Origin: Cyanobacteria bacterium P01_A01_bin.123 | GTDB taxonomy: Bacteria > Cyanobacteriota > Cyanobacteriia > Phormidesmidales > Phormidesmidaceae | DNA: 25,869 bases | Direction of reading: 5' to 3' | Assembly (NCBI GenBank): GCA_039815185.1 | Contig: JBCBZT010000078.1 | Coordinates: forward strand, 1-25,869 | Part shown: piece by piece, positions 9,204-20,091 of the stretch | Layout of the letters: every line of letters starts with the position of its first letter | Numbering within the stretch: position 1 is the stretch's first letter | Notes under the pieces: model-generated | The model's input: only the letters and a program-made list of their open reading frames with translations | The model's database searches: none | Told to the model about the DNA's origin: nothing | Translations under genes and position numbers: made by a program

Positions 9204-9490
9204 TTGACGATTCCTCTTGCGGGTCGATACCGCCGACAACGGCGGCTGGTCAATGCCGCGAGCAGCGACGGCAATGGGTGGGAGAAACGAAGTTCTCTAT
9301 GCGGAATGATTCCGATTTAACCAGGGTAGCGTTTATATCCGTAGACATAACTTCCTTTTGGGATAATAAACTTAGCGTAATTTGACAAACCGTTCTACCT
9401 TTAAAGATTTTTATACGACTGCCACTGCGTCTGCATCACGACTGACCCGCGTCGTCAATGGCATCCTAGCGCTCAATCATGAATCTCCGT

Positions 9491-9937
9491 TCAGCTTAAG
9501 CATCGGATCACATCCTGCATGTGGAAGCCATCTGAGAGGTTGATGCCAATGGCCGTTTTGACGAGGTAAGCCATTACTAAAACAACTGAGCTGATGAATA
9601 GATTTAAGTTGACGAGCAAAATGACAGCGGTCACGAAATTACTGATTTTAGTGAGTCTCCTAGGCACTTTATAGGCTCGAGGGCGGCGGCGGCGATCCTT
9701 GCCTAAAAGAAGAACGACGTAAAATTTAGAGAAAATTAGGTCAATCACAAAGCGTAAGTCCACTATCTTAGGGACTGGTTTTGAGATGGCCTGATCTAGA
9801 ACTCGCTGCACTTCATTGAGTTGTTCTTCGTCAAATCGGTTGAGTATCTCAGGACGAATGGTCTGTAGATAGTCTTTGGGAGTCCAATGACGATAGGGAG
9901 GAGTGCGAGGCGAGAATTCTGGCATGATTTCAATCAC
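9491..9937 (-). CDS. Hypothetical membrane protein
   Basis: 148-aa ORF with IVDLRF...YVVLLLGKDRR and a C-terminal hydrophobic helix. It lies 10 nt downstream of the next ORF on the same strand. Confidence 0.7.
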   Translation of the reverse strand: MIEIMPEFSPRTPPYRHWTPKDYLQTIRPEILNRFDEEQLNEVQRVLDQAISKPVPKIVDLRFVIDLIFSKFYVVLLLGKDRRRRPRAYKVPRRLTKISNFVTAVILLVNLNLFISSVVLVMAYLVKTAIGINLSDGFHMQDVIRCLS

Positions 9938-9947
9938 TTGAATTCAG

Positions 9948-10397
9948 TTATCCCAGAATGCCCAGCCAATATAGCGCTCCCCCAAAAGTTGTCGACAATA
10001 GCACCCAAAATCCTAGCTGTTTCAAACAGTCCTGCTTGGATGAACCATGCCGCTGGAGGTTTTCAGAGGCTGAGCTGAGCACAACCATTAGAATGACGGC
10101 TCCCAACCAGATACACAGGAAGATAGCCGCACGCTGGGGGGCTGGATTGTAAGGATTAGCAACAGGCCAAGTGGAGGGCCATTTGTCTCGATAAATTCCC
10201 AAACTACACAACAGTAAGACCCAAACATTCGCAAGTAACAACCCCCCATTGCCTACAAAAATTAAGTAAGCAAGGGTGGCCAAGGTGATGCCCCATCCCC
10301 ACCCAGGCACTTCATAAGCGGCTAACAGATATCCAAAAACGATACAACCGAATATAACTGAGACAAATCGTAGCCAATGCTGAAGTTTTGAAGGCAT
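9948..10397 (-). CDS. Hypothetical integral membrane protein
   Basis: 149 aa with about five hydrophobic segments. Confidence 0.7.
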   Translation of the reverse strand: MPSKLQHWLRFVSVIFGCIVFGYLLAAYEVPGWGWGITLATLAYLIFVGNGGLLLANVWVLLLCSLGIYRDKWPSTWPVANPYNPAPQRAAIFLCIWLGAVILMVVLSSASENLQRHGSSKQDCLKQLGFWVLLSTTFGGALYWLGILG

Positions 10398-10498
10398 CGT
10401 TCAACATGTGAACCAAATTCAAACTGAACCACATCCGATGACATGAGCCAAAATAAACCCTGAACAATCCCACCATCATTTTCAAGGGGTGCTCAACA

Positions 10499-11055
10499 AT
10501 GACAACCGATCCGGCCCTTGCCAAAATGCTTCAGTTCATTGTGGCTTATCAACAAGCCCGCCCCAACAGTGGTTCACCAGAACTGGTGCGTGAACTGCGA
10601 GCCTATACCAAACCCGGCTACGCCAGCCGCTTTTGGGAATTTGTGGCAGGGGATAACCCTGACTTTATCAGTGGCGAACTCGATAACGAAACTGTGGTGA
10701 TGGCGGGGAAAGAGCGTATCGTGTTGGCGATCGCGTGCAAAAATCCCCCAACTTACCCCTCGCCGATGCCATTGCCCAAATCGATGTGGTGCCCTTTGCC
10801 GAAAGTGTAAGGGGCTACTTGAGCGATACCTTGGGCGCTGCGATCGCGCCAACGGATCAAACCTTGATCAACATAGACCAGGTGAAATCCGAAATTCAGC
10901 GTCGCCTGCGGACTTATTTGATCTATAAACGTGACGCCCTGCAAGAAAGCATCCTCAACATTAGCTATCGCAAAACCCTCCGACCTACCTTAATGCAGCA
11001 AGCGGCGGAACATTTTCTGACCTATTTGTTACGCGAGGGGAACTTGGTTGGTTAG
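10499..11055 (+). pseudogene. Frame-broken hypothetical gene (ORFs 10499-10810 and 10735-11055)
   Basis: Two overlapping same-strand ORFs offset by -1. Protein-like sequence switches frame at about 10713-10750. Confidence 0.65.
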
Positions 11056-11197
11056 ATGAAATCGGAACGACATAGGTCTTTGAACCGTCGTTCAAACTAA
11101 ACAATGCCATTGGACAATCTTGCGATGGTTTAGACAGATACACCGGTTGCTTGACTGTTTGTATTTACGGCATCCACTGAGTTGATGGAGAGGTTCA

Positions 11198-11974
11198 ATG
11201 CTGCCATTTATCAGGCATCAGAGACGCCAATGGAGACGTCGAGCGGCTGTAATGCTGTCATTGGCGATCGCATTTGTCACTGTGGCTTTAACTGCGATCG
11301 CCTCCCCAGATGTAGAACCCTCAGGCTATTCTGCAATCCAAGACATCCATGGCGCGATGACGCCCAACGGTGTCCAGGCGCTCCACATGCGGATGACGCC
11401 AGAACGACCCTCGCCTACCGCTGACGAAATTGCCCATACCGATCAGTTGGCCGATGAGATTCGAGCTGCGATCGCCCCCTACACCGATATCAGCGTTGCC
11501 GAAGCCGATGGCTACAGACCCTTTCCACCAGACTCGGATGAGTTGACTATTGTCCACTATGTCCATGGGTGGCGATCGCTTTTAGAACATCAGCGGATTG
11601 ATCCAACCCAACCTGGGTCTTTGCTTTACGAACGGCAACCAGATGGCTCCCTAAAGCTTCTCGGGGTGATGTTTACCGCGCCTGTCGATGCGACCGAAGC
11701 CGAATTGAATCAACGGGTTCCCCTCTCTATTACCCGTTGGCATTTACACACCAACATTTGTATTCCTGATCCGATTTGGGATGCTGACCAATGGGCACAA
11801 GTGCAAAACGGACAGCCGCTGTTTGGGCCAGAGAGCCCGATTGCGACTGAATCGGCTTGTACCGCTATCGGCGGTGAATTCTTACCCACCGTATTTGGCT
11901 GGATGGTTCACGCTAACGTCTATGCCGAAAATCCGGCTGATGTTTGGAATCCGATGTACGGAGCGCAATCATAA
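11198..11974 (+). CDS. Exported hypothetical protein with His/Cys motifs
   Basis: Arg-rich N-terminus and hydrophobic signal region. Motifs HYVH, PGSLLYE, WHLHTNIC and GWMVHAN. Confidence 0.8.
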   Translation: MLPFIRHQRRQWRRRAAVMLSLAIAFVTVALTAIASPDVEPSGYSAIQDIHGAMTPNGVQALHMRMTPERPSPTADEIAHTDQLADEIRAAIAPYTDISVAEADGYRPFPPDSDELTIVHYVHGWRSLLEHQRIDPTQPGSLLYERQPDGSLKLLGVMFTAPVDATEAELNQRVPLSITRWHLHTNICIPDPIWDADQWAQVQNGQPLFGPESPIATESACTAIGGEFLPTVFGWMVHANVYAENPADVWNPMYGAQS

Positions 11975-12022
11975 AGTGCTGATCAATGCCGTCCCTATCA
12001 GTCAGCAAAAGGCGGAGATAGC

Positions 12023-12811
12023 TTATTCAAATAGTTGCGCGATCGCGCCAATGGACTCTATTACAGCGTCGGGGTTAATATCAGACTGCTCCACCAACGC
12101 TTCTCGGTATTTGCCCGTTTTCACCAGCACTCCCTTCATCCCCAGGGCTTGGGCACCGCCCACATCGGCATCAATATCATCACCAATCATCACCACGTCT
12201 TCGGCGGGTAACCCCAGTTCTTCTAGGGCCAAACTGTAAAAATAGGGCGCAGGTTTGCCGACAATCAACGCCGTTTGCCCCGTGGAATATTCCAGCCCGG
12301 TGACAAACGCACCAATATCTAGGTGTAAGCCCCCTTCCCACTGCCAGTATTTGGCTTTGTGCAAGGCAATGAGCGTTGCCCCCCGCATCAGCAAGCGAAA
12401 GGCTCGGTTAAGGGTGTGGTAACTCCATTCATTGCCCATATCCCCTAGCACGACCACGCTAGCTTCTGCTTCTGAGGTCGTGAATTCGGCAAAGTCTTGC
12501 TTGACTTCTTGACTCAGCAACAGGTAACACTTGGGATGGTTGAGTTTGCGCAGGTACAGCACTGCGCCATAAGGCGCACTGATGACCTCTTCTGGCTGAA
12601 TCGGCAACCCCATGGAATTGAGACTTTGGCATAAACGCTCGATCGATTCTGTGGTGTTATTGGTGACGAAGCGGAACGGAATTTGGCGATCGCGCAACCA
12701 GGCGATCGCGTCTTTTGCCCCTGTGATCATGCGATTGCCAACGTAGAATACGCCGTTTAAATCGAGCAGTAGTCCTTTCGCAGAAGCAAGGGAGGTAGAA
12801 GCCACAGGCAA
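12023..12811 (-). CDS. HAD-superfamily subfamily IIA hydrolase (LHPP/HDHD2-like)
   Basis: LLDLNGV, FVTNNT, VGKP, MIGDDIDADVGGA and VKTGKY motifs. Start uncertain (TTG). Confidence 0.9.
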   Translation of the reverse strand: MPVASTSLASAKGLLLDLNGVFYVGNRMITGAKDAIAWLRDRQIPFRFVTNNTTESIERLCQSLNSMGLPIQPEEVISAPYGAVLYLRKLNHPKCYLLLSQEVKQDFAEFTTSEAEASVVVLGDMGNEWSYHTLNRAFRLLMRGATLIALHKAKYWQWEGGLHLDIGAFVTGLEYSTGQTALIVGKPAPYFYSLALEELGLPAEDVVMIGDDIDADVGGAQALGMKGVLVKTGKYREALVEQSDINPDAVIESIGAIAQLFE

Positions 12812-13305
12812 TCCTCGGGGGGTACAGGTTTGATCACAGAACCCTGAGCGTACTGGATGTGATTTATCTCAAGATGGCACGAATTTTACCGTTCCGGTGA
12901 TTGTTATCAATCTTCAGCAACCCGATTTGAGGACAATCCTCAGCTCAACTCCCTTTCTCATAAATCTGCTAGGGAGCGTCTAAAGCACCTGCGAAAGGCG
13001 TTTAAAGCGATTAGAACACCACATTTTTGCTCAGCCGAACTAGACTAAGAGAAATCTGACCTTCGCCTAGGCTTCATTTGGATTTAACCTATGCTTCTGA
13101 TTGCTAAGAGCCTCTGGGGTTAAGGGGAGTAGTGACTAGGGCATCTAAAAAATCCTAAGAACTGCCGATTTACTTCAAGGAAGCTAGGTCGAATTCTGAA
13201 TTTGAGTTAACATAAATTAATATCTAGTTTTTTTTAAGTTAACAGAGCACTCACATGAGAGAACATAGCGTTCTCAACAGACAAGATTTAGGAGGCTAAA
13301 CCCCG

Positions 13306-15150
13306 GTGAACAAACGGTGGAGAAATGCAGGACTGTACGCGCTGCTAATTGTCGTGGTAATTGCCCTGGCAACGGCTGTCTTTGATAACGGTGGGGGTCA
13401 AGAGTCCCAGGCTTGGCGCTACAGCAAATTTATCGATGCGGTTCAAAACAATCGGATTGAGCGCGTCAGTATTAGCGCTGACCGAACTCGAGCTCAGTTT
13501 ACTGACCCCGATGGCGGCAGTCGCGTGACGGTTAACCTACCCAGTGATCCGGGTTTGGTTGGTATCCTCGAGCAAAACAATGTCGATATTGTGGTTACCC
13601 CCCAAGGTGACGACAGCGTTTGGGTACGGGTCTTCAGCACCTTGCTGATCCCAATATTGCTGTTGGTTGTTTTATTCTTTGTCTTGCGCCGTGCCCAGAG
13701 TGGCCCTGGTAGTCAAGCGATGAACTTCGGCAAATCCAAGGCCAGAGTTCAGATGGAGCCCCAGACTCAAGTGACTTTCGGCGATGTAGCCGGGATCGAG
13801 CAAGCCAAGCTGGAATTGGCAGAGGTCGTTGACTTCCTAAAGAATGCCGATCGCTTCACTGCCGTTGGTGCCAAGATCCCCAAAGGGGTTTTGTTGGTTG
13901 GCCCCCCTGGTACGGGTAAAACACTGCTTGCCCGTGCGGTTGCCGGGGAAGCTGGGGTGCCCTTCTTCTCAATCTCAGGTTCTGAATTTGTTGAAATGTT
14001 TGTTGGGGTTGGCGCTTCCCGCGTCCGTGACCTGTTTGAACAAGCAAAATCGAACGCACCTTGCATCGTGTTCATCGATGAGATTGATGCCGTTGGGCGT
14101 CAGCGGGGTGCCGGTCTCGGTGGCGGCAATGATGAGCGTGAGCAAACTTTGAACCAGCTGTTGACTGAGATGGATGGGTTTGAAGGCAACACGGGCATTA
14201 TTATCATTGCTGCGACCAACCGTCCTGACGTGTTAGATGCAGCCCTGCTACGCCCAGGACGCTTTGACCGTCAAGTTGTCGTTGATCGGCCTGACTATGC
14301 GGGTCGTTTGGAAATTCTCAATGTCCACGCCCGCGGTAAAACCTTTGCCAAGGATGTTGATCTCGACAAGATTGCCCGTCGTACCCCTGGCTTCACTGGA
14401 GCCGATTTGTCTAATCTGCTGAATGAAGCAGCGATTTTGGCAGCTCGGCGCAACCTGACTGAAATCTCTATGGATGAGGTCAACGACGCCATCGATCGTG
14501 TCTTGGCGGGCCCTGAGAAGAAAGATCGGGTCATGAGCGAACGCCGTAAGGAGCTGGTGGCCTATCACGAGGCAGGTCATGCCCTTGTGGGTGCCTTGAT
14601 GCCCGATTACGATCCCGTCCAGAAAATTAGTATCATTCCTCGGGGTCGAGCTGGTGGCCTAACTTGGTTCACCCCTAGCGAAGATCGCATGGAGTCTGGG
14701 CTTTACTCCCGCGCCTATCTGCAAAACCAGATGGCGGTTGCTTTGGGAGGACGGATTGCTGAAGAAATTATCTACGGCAATGAAGAAGTCACCACCGGTG
14801 CATCAAATGACTTGCAGCAGGTAGCGCGGGTAGCGCGGCAAATGGTGACCCGCTTTGGCATGAGCGATCGCCTTGGCCCAGTCGCTTTAGGCCGTCAGCA
14901 AGGCAACATGTTCTTAGGACGCGACATTGCTTCCGAGCGCGACTTCTCTGAAGAGACCGCTGCTGTGATTGACGATGAAGTCAGTCAACTTGTAGAGCAG
15001 GCCTACACCCGTGCTAAGAAGGTACTGGTTGAAAATCGGTCTGTCCTGAATCAGCTAGCCGACATGCTGGTTGAGAAGGAAACTGTCGATGCCGAAGAAC
15101 TACAGCAGTTACTCGCTAACAACGATGTAACAATGGCAGCGATCGCTTAA
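13306..15150 (+). CDS. ftsH3: ATP-dependent zinc metalloprotease FtsH (cyanobacterial FtsH3 type)
   Basis: [14 protein letters not shown]-terminus, Walker A GPPGTGKT, Walker [30 protein letters not shown], zinc motif HEAGH. AGGAGG SD before the GTG start. Confidence 0.97.
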   Translation: MNKRWRNAGLYALLIVVVIALATAVFDNGGGQESQAWRYSKFIDAVQNNRIERVSISADRTRAQFTDPDGGSRVTVNLPSDPGLVGILEQNNVDIVVTPQGDDSVWVRVFSTLLIPILLLVVLFFVLRRAQSGPGSQAMNFGKSKARVQMEPQTQVTFGDVAGIEQAKLELAEVVDFLKNADRFTAVGAKIPKGVLLVGPPGTGKTLLARAVAGEAGVPFFSISGSEFVEMFVGVGASRVRDLFEQAKSNAPCIVFIDEIDAVGRQRGAGLGGGNDEREQTLNQLLTEMDGFEGNTGIIIIAATNRPDVLDAALLRPGRFDRQVVVDRPDYAGRLEILNVHARGKTFAKDVDLDKIARRTPGFTGADLSNLLNEAAILAARRNLTEISMDEVNDAIDRVLAGPEKKDRVMSERRKELVAYHEAGHALVGALMPDYDPVQKISIIPRGRAGGLTWFTPSEDRMESGLYSRAYLQNQMAVALGGRIAEEIIYGNEEVTTGASNDLQQVARVARQMVTRFGMSDRLGPVALGRQQGNMFLGRDIASERDFSEETAAVIDDEVSQLVEQAYTRAKKVLVENRSVLNQLADMLVEKETVDAEELQQLLANNDVTMAAIA

Positions 15151-15183
15151 ACACGGCTAATTTTCTTCGAAAATAGGTCAATT

Positions 15184-15224
15184 AAACAGGAGTAACCCGG
15201 TCTGGGTTACTCCTGTTTTGTTTA
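15184..15224 (+). terminator. Rho-independent terminator after ftsH3
   Basis: 15-bp perfect stem AAACAGGAGTAACCC/GGGTTACTCCTGTTT with a 5-nt loop and a T-rich tail. Confidence 0.9.
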
Positions 15225-15435
15225 TTTTTACTCATCATCAGCATTGATCCCGCTTATGAATTGCGACCTACGATATGCCAGAAATTTCTCCCTTCACCAT
15301 TAATTCATCAACCTTTCCACATCGAGAAATTGCCCCCAGGCTCATCGTCGGTGTAGCGCAAAAGCCTTTTCCATAGAGCTTATAGCCCCTTTTCTAGGCA
15401 CAAACAGAGATCCCGAAGAAGATTGGGTTTTGTTT

Positions 15436-15449
15436 GTAATGAGCATTAC
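15436..15449. promoter_or_regulatory. NtcA-type binding site upstream of nblA
   Basis: GTAATGAGCATTAC matches GTA-N8-TAC and is nearly a perfect palindrome. Confidence 0.65.
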
Positions 15450-15577
15450 CACCTAAATTTAATTGATAAAACTTCGGAAAGTTTACCCCTGGGTACCTTT
15501 GCAGGTAATGACACTGCTATTTTCAGTAGTTATACTCCTGGAATAACGAATTTGGCAGATGGTCAATTTGTCAATAA

Positions 15578-15595
15578 TTTGTTATATTCTGTAAA
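15578..15595 (-). promoter_or_regulatory. Possible HLR1 (RpaB) direct-repeat site upstream of nblA
   Basis: The minus strand reads TTTACAGA-AT-ATAACAAA, an imperfect match to (G/T)TTACA(T/A)(T/A)-N2 repeated. Confidence 0.35.
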
Positions 15596-15721
15596 CAACT
15601 GGGGAGTGGCTTGACGAGTTCACATCGATTCAGGTTATCCCACAGCTCCCCAGATTGAGTTCTGGCAGCTGTTTCGACACTGCCTTTGGCTGTTATACCT
15701 TCTCTCAAATGGAGTTAAGCT

Positions 15722-15916
15722 ATGCACGACCCGATTGAACTTTCCATGGAACAGCAATTTAGTTTGCGATCCTTTGAAACCCAAGTCGCGCGGATGAATC
15801 AAGAACAGGCTCAGGAGTTTTTAGTCAAGCTCTACGAGCAAATGATGATGCGCGAAACCATGTACAAGCGTTTTCTTAAGCACGAGTGGGGGATTGGTCC
15901 CAGCCCTCAGCTCTAG
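15722..15916 (+). CDS. nblA: Phycobilisome degradation protein NblA
   Basis: PIELSMEQQFSLRSFETQV...QAQEFLVKLYEQMMMRE signature and a GGAG SD. Confidence 0.95.
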   Translation: MHDPIELSMEQQFSLRSFETQVARMNQEQAQEFLVKLYEQMMMRETMYKRFLKHEWGIGPSPQL

Positions 15917-16094
15917 CGTTGCATGGGGCAATGTCTGCTCGTCAATGCTGATGAAGTAGGCGACCTCCTGCTCTTGCTTTTTTCAAAGCGAATGAAGCTG
16001 GGGCTGCTGGGGCGTCCGCTTTCCCTCCGAGTTAGACACAGTCGCTCATAGTTCAACCCGTTTATTCCAATTTATTTAAACCATTAACTTAATT

Positions 16095-16126
16095 TTTTAA
16101 TTCGGCTAAGTTTTAATTCAGCTAAG
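16095..16126. repeat. 16-bp tandem duplication in intergenic DNA
   Basis: TTTTAATTCGGCTAAG followed directly by TTTTAATTCAGCTAAG. Confidence 0.8.
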
Positions 16127-16558
16127 TGCACCGACTGTTTACCCGCTAACCCTTGTTATTGAAGGTTTTAACAGAAAATTGACCCAGTTCAGCGTCAATC
16201 CGCGGAAACCAATGATTAGCTCTGTCCTTGATTATTCCATTTGTTTCTCTACATCGTGACCTGAGCCATCATCAGAAAAGGTTATGAGCCCATAGGGCGA
16301 GGATCAGCTTCTTAATGGGAAAAGCCTTAGAAAACCTAGGCTGTAGCGTTTGAAGTTTGGCTATTAGCTGCAAGAACTGAGACATGAAACATTGCGGCAG
16401 TTCATGAAATATTTAGATTTATAGCAAAGCCTTAAGTTTGGTTTGTGCTAGTTTGTACGAGAACGTGCAAAAAGTGCTCGATCGTGCTCACTTAAGTTCA
16501 CCCGCAAGCAATATGCTGGGTGATTCTCTTGTACATTCTCCTCGGTGTAGGGTATCTA

Positions 16559-16846
16559 ATGGACTTTACGACCACGTTGGGACTCGTTGCCGGAACTTTG
16601 ACGACGCTGGCCTACTTGCCCCAGCTCATCAAAATTTGGCGTTCTAAATCTGCAGCTGATCTGTCCTGGGGCATGCTGGTTACCCTATGCTTGGGCATTT
16701 TGCTTTGGCTGATCTACGGAACCTATATGCATGATGTGCCTGTAATTTGTGCAAACAGCATTACCTTAGTGCTGTCGTTTATAATTTTGCTGCTCAAAAT
16801 CCGCTACCAGGGAATTAAGGTTGTGTCGAGAGTGTCTGAGCTCTGA
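16559..16846 (+). CDS. SemiSWEET / PQ-loop family transporter
   Basis: GLVAGTLTTLAYLPQLIKIWRSKSAADLS, LWLIYG and PVICAN motifs, three TM helices. Start placed at ATG 16559. Confidence 0.9.
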   Translation: MDFTTTLGLVAGTLTTLAYLPQLIKIWRSKSAADLSWGMLVTLCLGILLWLIYGTYMHDVPVICANSITLVLSFIILLLKIRYQGIKVVSRVSEL

Positions 16847-16950
16847 GATTGGCGGTTCAGGTCATCACTGCAAACATCAATCTTTTGACGTGTCCTGGTC
16901 TGTGTTAAACCTGACAGAATGAGAATAGGAGTAAACCCATTCGGTTGCCT

Positions 16951-18120
16951 ATGGCTGACACGCTTGATCTCATTTTGCATCGTGCCTTATCTGGCAAAGA
17001 CATTGGTGTCGCCGAGGCTGTTGCGTTGTTGACACAGAAAGACCCGGAGGCGATCGCATCTATTCAAGCCGCCGCTGATACCTTAAGACAGCGGCAAGCG
17101 GGCGACACGGTGACCTATGTGGTTAACCGCAACATCAACTACACCAACATCTGCGAACAGCACTGTAGCTTTTGTGCGTTCCGACGGGATGCCGATCAAC
17201 CCGGGGCTTACTGGCTTGATTGGGACACGATGCTGCAAAAGGCGGCTGATGGGGTTGCCCGTGGGGCAACCGAGATCTGCATGCAGGGTGGACTTAACCC
17301 TGAAGCAAAAATCGACGGTAGCAGCTTAAAGTTCTATTGCAAGCTGCTGCAAACCTTAAAAGCGGCTTTTCCTAAGCTACACCTCCACGCCTTTTCACCC
17401 CAGGAAGTGCAGTTTATTGCCCGCCAAGATGGGTTGGATTACCGTAGCGTGATTGTTGCTTTGCAAGCGGCTGGGGTGGGTTCCCTACCGGGTACGGCGG
17501 CAGAAGTGCTTGACGACTCAGTCCGCAAAGTTCTGTGCCCTGAAAAGCTGGATACGGCAACTTGGCTAGACATTGTGGCGATCGCCCACAGTGAGGGACT
17601 CCATACTACGAGCACAATGCTCTCGGGGCACATTGAAACCCCCACCCAGCAAGCCCACCATTTAGACCAGCTGCGATCGCTCCAGCAACGTGCCCACGCC
17701 CAAGGCTATCCCGGCATTAGCGAATTTATTTTGCTGCCGTTTGTCGGTCAAGAAGCGCCCAAACCCCTGAGACGCAGAGTTGGGCGCGATCAACCTGTGC
17801 TAGCCGATGCTCTGTTGCTAATGGCAGTGGCGCGAATTTATTTGGGCAATTGGATTGTGCATCACCAGCCCAGCTGGGTCAAGCTGGGTCTAGAGGGTGC
17901 TAGAGAAGCCCTAAATTGGGGCTGCAACGATATTGGCGGCACCCTGATGGAAGAGCACATTACCTCGATGGCGGGAGCCCAGGGCGGCACCTGCATGGGG
18001 GTAGCCGATTTGCAAAATGCGATCGCGTCCCTAGGTAGACCCCATCAGCAACGAGATACTTTGTATCAGCCGATTGCCTTGGCAGGCAGCTTATCTGAAG
18101 CTGTCGGTGTGAATGCCTAA
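16951..18120 (+). CDS. cofH: FO (7,8-didemethyl-8-hydroxy-5-deazariboflavin) synthase subunit CofH, radical SAM
   Basis: [22 protein letters not shown] (CxxxCxxC), [16 protein letters not shown] and [12 protein letters not shown]. Start is ATG 16951 or TTG 16945. Confidence 0.92.
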   Translation: MADTLDLILHRALSGKDIGVAEAVALLTQKDPEAIASIQAAADTLRQRQAGDTVTYVVNRNINYTNICEQHCSFCAFRRDADQPGAYWLDWDTMLQKAADGVARGATEICMQGGLNPEAKIDGSSLKFYCKLLQTLKAAFPKLHLHAFSPQEVQFIARQDGLDYRSVIVALQAAGVGSLPGTAAEVLDDSVRKVLCPEKLDTATWLDIVAIAHSEGLHTTSTMLSGHIETPTQQAHHLDQLRSLQQRAHAQGYPGISEFILLPFVGQEAPKPLRRRVGRDQPVLADALLLMAVARIYLGNWIVHHQPSWVKLGLEGAREALNWGCNDIGGTLMEEHITSMAGAQGGTCMGVADLQNAIASLGRPHQQRDTLYQPIALAGSLSEAVGVNA

Positions 18121-18152
18121 TGGTTCGATTTATCCCAAAGACCCCTACAACA

Positions 18153-18956
18153 CTAAACGGCGATGAAATCGACAGCTTGTTGAATCACCCACTCATTGCG
18201 CAAAATGCGTCGATGGCCTAAGCCTGAGGTTTCAATCAAACGAGCTCCTGACCAAGCTTGAGCAATGGCATGGCCTTCTTCAATCGAGACGTCACGGTCA
18301 TGGCGATCGTGGAACAGCAGGGCTGGAACCGATAGCTTGCTGGCGATTTGATCGACTGAAAATCGTTGCCAAATATCCTGACCGAACTGTGTCTCAAACA
18401 GGTTTAGAAATGCTTCTCTAACGTCTGTAGAAAGTCTGGCTCGTCTGGCAAACAGTTTGGCCGCGTTTGACAACCAGCACATGGGGCCAAGATAAACCAC
18501 CTTATCGATCTGCATGCCGTCACTCAAGGCTAGGGTTGTGCTAGCTGCACCGATAGAGTGAGCGATGACTCGCGTGATCGGGGCTTGGTGTTGGGCTATG
18601 GTCGCGATCGCCTGAGCAATTTCTAAACCGCTGGTTTTAATCCCCACGGTACTGCCATGGGCAGGGGCATCGAATGCCAGGACTCGATAACCTGCGTTCA
18701 ACAGGGGTTCGATAAAGTGACCGAGTTGTAAGCCATAGCCCCCCCAACCATGCACTAGAAGCACAGTTGGGCCAGTACCCCAGCAGAATGCATTGAGGTT
18801 GATTGACTCAAAAGGAACTGCAAATGAGGTAGCTTGTGCCAGAACTCCCAACTCTAATTCAGAGAGCGGCTTCTTGGAAGGCGTCAAGAACTTTTCCAGC
18901 GCTTGTTGGGCTTCACTTGCAATCTGAATTGACAATATTTTTTGAGGATACGCCAT
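18153..18956 (-). CDS. Alpha/beta-fold hydrolase
   Basis: VHGWGG, FDAPAHG, nucleophile elbow AHSIG, HDRHD and GLGH. Confidence 0.9.
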   Translation of the reverse strand: MAYPQKILSIQIASEAQQALEKFLTPSKKPLSELELGVLAQATSFAVPFESINLNAFCWGTGPTVLLVHGWGGYGLQLGHFIEPLLNAGYRVLAFDAPAHGSTVGIKTSGLEIAQAIATIAQHQAPITRVIAHSIGAASTTLALSDGMQIDKVVYLGPMCWLSNAAKLFARRARLSTDVREAFLNLFETQFGQDIWQRFSVDQIASKLSVPALLFHDRHDRDVSIEEGHAIAQAWSGARLIETSGLGHRRILRNEWVIQQAVDFIAV

Positions 18957-19030
18957 ACTGACCAACGCTTAGTGTTGTGAGCAGATCAAACAGCTTAGGG
19001 AGGTTTAGCGCCACCCATTTGAGCACTTGA

Positions 19031-19082
19031 ATGTATACCTTGTCAACATATATCAAAATTCAAAAGTTGACAAGGTAAACTT
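19031..19082. promoter_or_regulatory. Twin palindromic operators between the divergent hydrolase and TetR genes
   Basis: ATGTATACCTTGTCAACAT (19031-19049) and AAGTTGACAAGGTAAACTT (19064-19082). Each is a quasi-palindrome, and they are inverted copies sharing 12 perfect bp (TACCTTGTCAAC). Confidence 0.8.
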
Positions 19083-19106
19083 CTAGTAATATCTGTAAAG
19101 AGATCT

Positions 19107-19727
19107 ATGTCTAACCCGAAAAAGCAAGGACGCTATCACCACGGTGATTTGCGACAAGCCGTCATTGATGCTGCTCTCCAGTTGATTGCAGAACAAGGCA
19201 TTGAAAGTTTGACGTTGCGGGAAATTGCTCAACGGGTTGGCGTTTCACGCATGGCCCCCTATCGTCACTTTGAAAATAAAGCGGTCTTGTTAGCGGTACT
19301 CGCTCAAGAAGGATTTCAGGCATTGTCTGTTCACATCCAGGCAACCTTGGCCAAATCGTCTTCTCAACCTCTAGAGCGATTGCAGGCGCTTGGCGTGGCT
19401 TACATTTTTTATGCGGTCGAAAATCCCGTCCATTACCGGGTAATGTTTGATGCCTCTCTTAGCAATCGCACGCTCTATCCGCCGCTTTATGAAACGGCGG
19501 TTAAAAGCTTTGACTGTCTAGTAGAGGTCTTAATAAAGTGTCAAAATGCTGGGCTAATTGGAGGCGGTGATCCGAAGGAATTAGCCCAAATTAATTGGTC
19601 ACTGTGTCATGGCTTAGCTATGTTGTTGATTGATCAGCAATTTATAACCATGGGGCATGCCCCAGTTGAAGAACTTGCCAATACTGCGCTGAGGACCATC
19701 ATTGAAGGTTTAAAGAACTCAAAATAG
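19107..19727 (+). CDS. TetR/AcrR family regulator (YHHGDLR / WHG-type)
   Basis: YHHGDLRQAVI, HTH LTLREIAQRVGVSRMAPYRHF, and WSLCHG. Confidence 0.95.
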   Translation: MSNPKKQGRYHHGDLRQAVIDAALQLIAEQGIESLTLREIAQRVGVSRMAPYRHFENKAVLLAVLAQEGFQALSVHIQATLAKSSSQPLERLQALGVAYIFYAVENPVHYRVMFDASLSNRTLYPPLYETAVKSFDCLVEVLIKCQNAGLIGGGDPKELAQINWSLCHGLAMLLIDQQFITMGHAPVEELANTALRTIIEGLKNSK

Positions 19728-20091
19728 GACAAAGGATGCTAGCAGAACGTTTGGCAGCGTGTTCTTCAAGGTTTTTGTAGAGTACCCTCCCAAAACCGTT
19801 GTTTCTCCATTCTTGTCCTATTGCAACCTGGTCGATGTACAAGAAATTCTCACTTAAGTGGTGACCAAACCATTGGAACTCTTCTGCATCGTAAGACGCA
19901 TCTTGATTCATCGCAAAAATATATCCAGCAACCACACTATCGACTTCAATGACTCTAAAATGCTCACATATTTTAATTAGAACTTCGAAGTAGTCACGTT
20001 CCAGTAAGGCTACTCCCGGTAACGATTCCCGATTGATCGACAAAACACGTTCGTAGTCTTCCGGTGTGGCGTTACGACATATCGACTGCAT
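19699..20091 (-). pseudogene. GNAT acetyltransferase, probably C-terminally truncated
   Basis: FLYIDQVAI...RNNGFGRVLY acetyl-CoA motif A is present. The ORF then runs antisense into the tetR 3' end with no motif B segment. Confidence 0.7.

Noticed and set aside
12023..12811. HAD motif I lacking the second Asp (DLNG) as a sign of inactivation
   Set aside because: The LHPP/HDHD2-like subfamily normally lacks the second Asp.
15423..15614. 63-aa ORF upstream of nblA
   Set aside because: TTG start, AT-rich, and it overlaps the regulatory motifs, so it is more likely promoter DNA.
16951..18120. cofH without neighbouring cofG
   Set aside because: The two genes are commonly unlinked in cyanobacteria.
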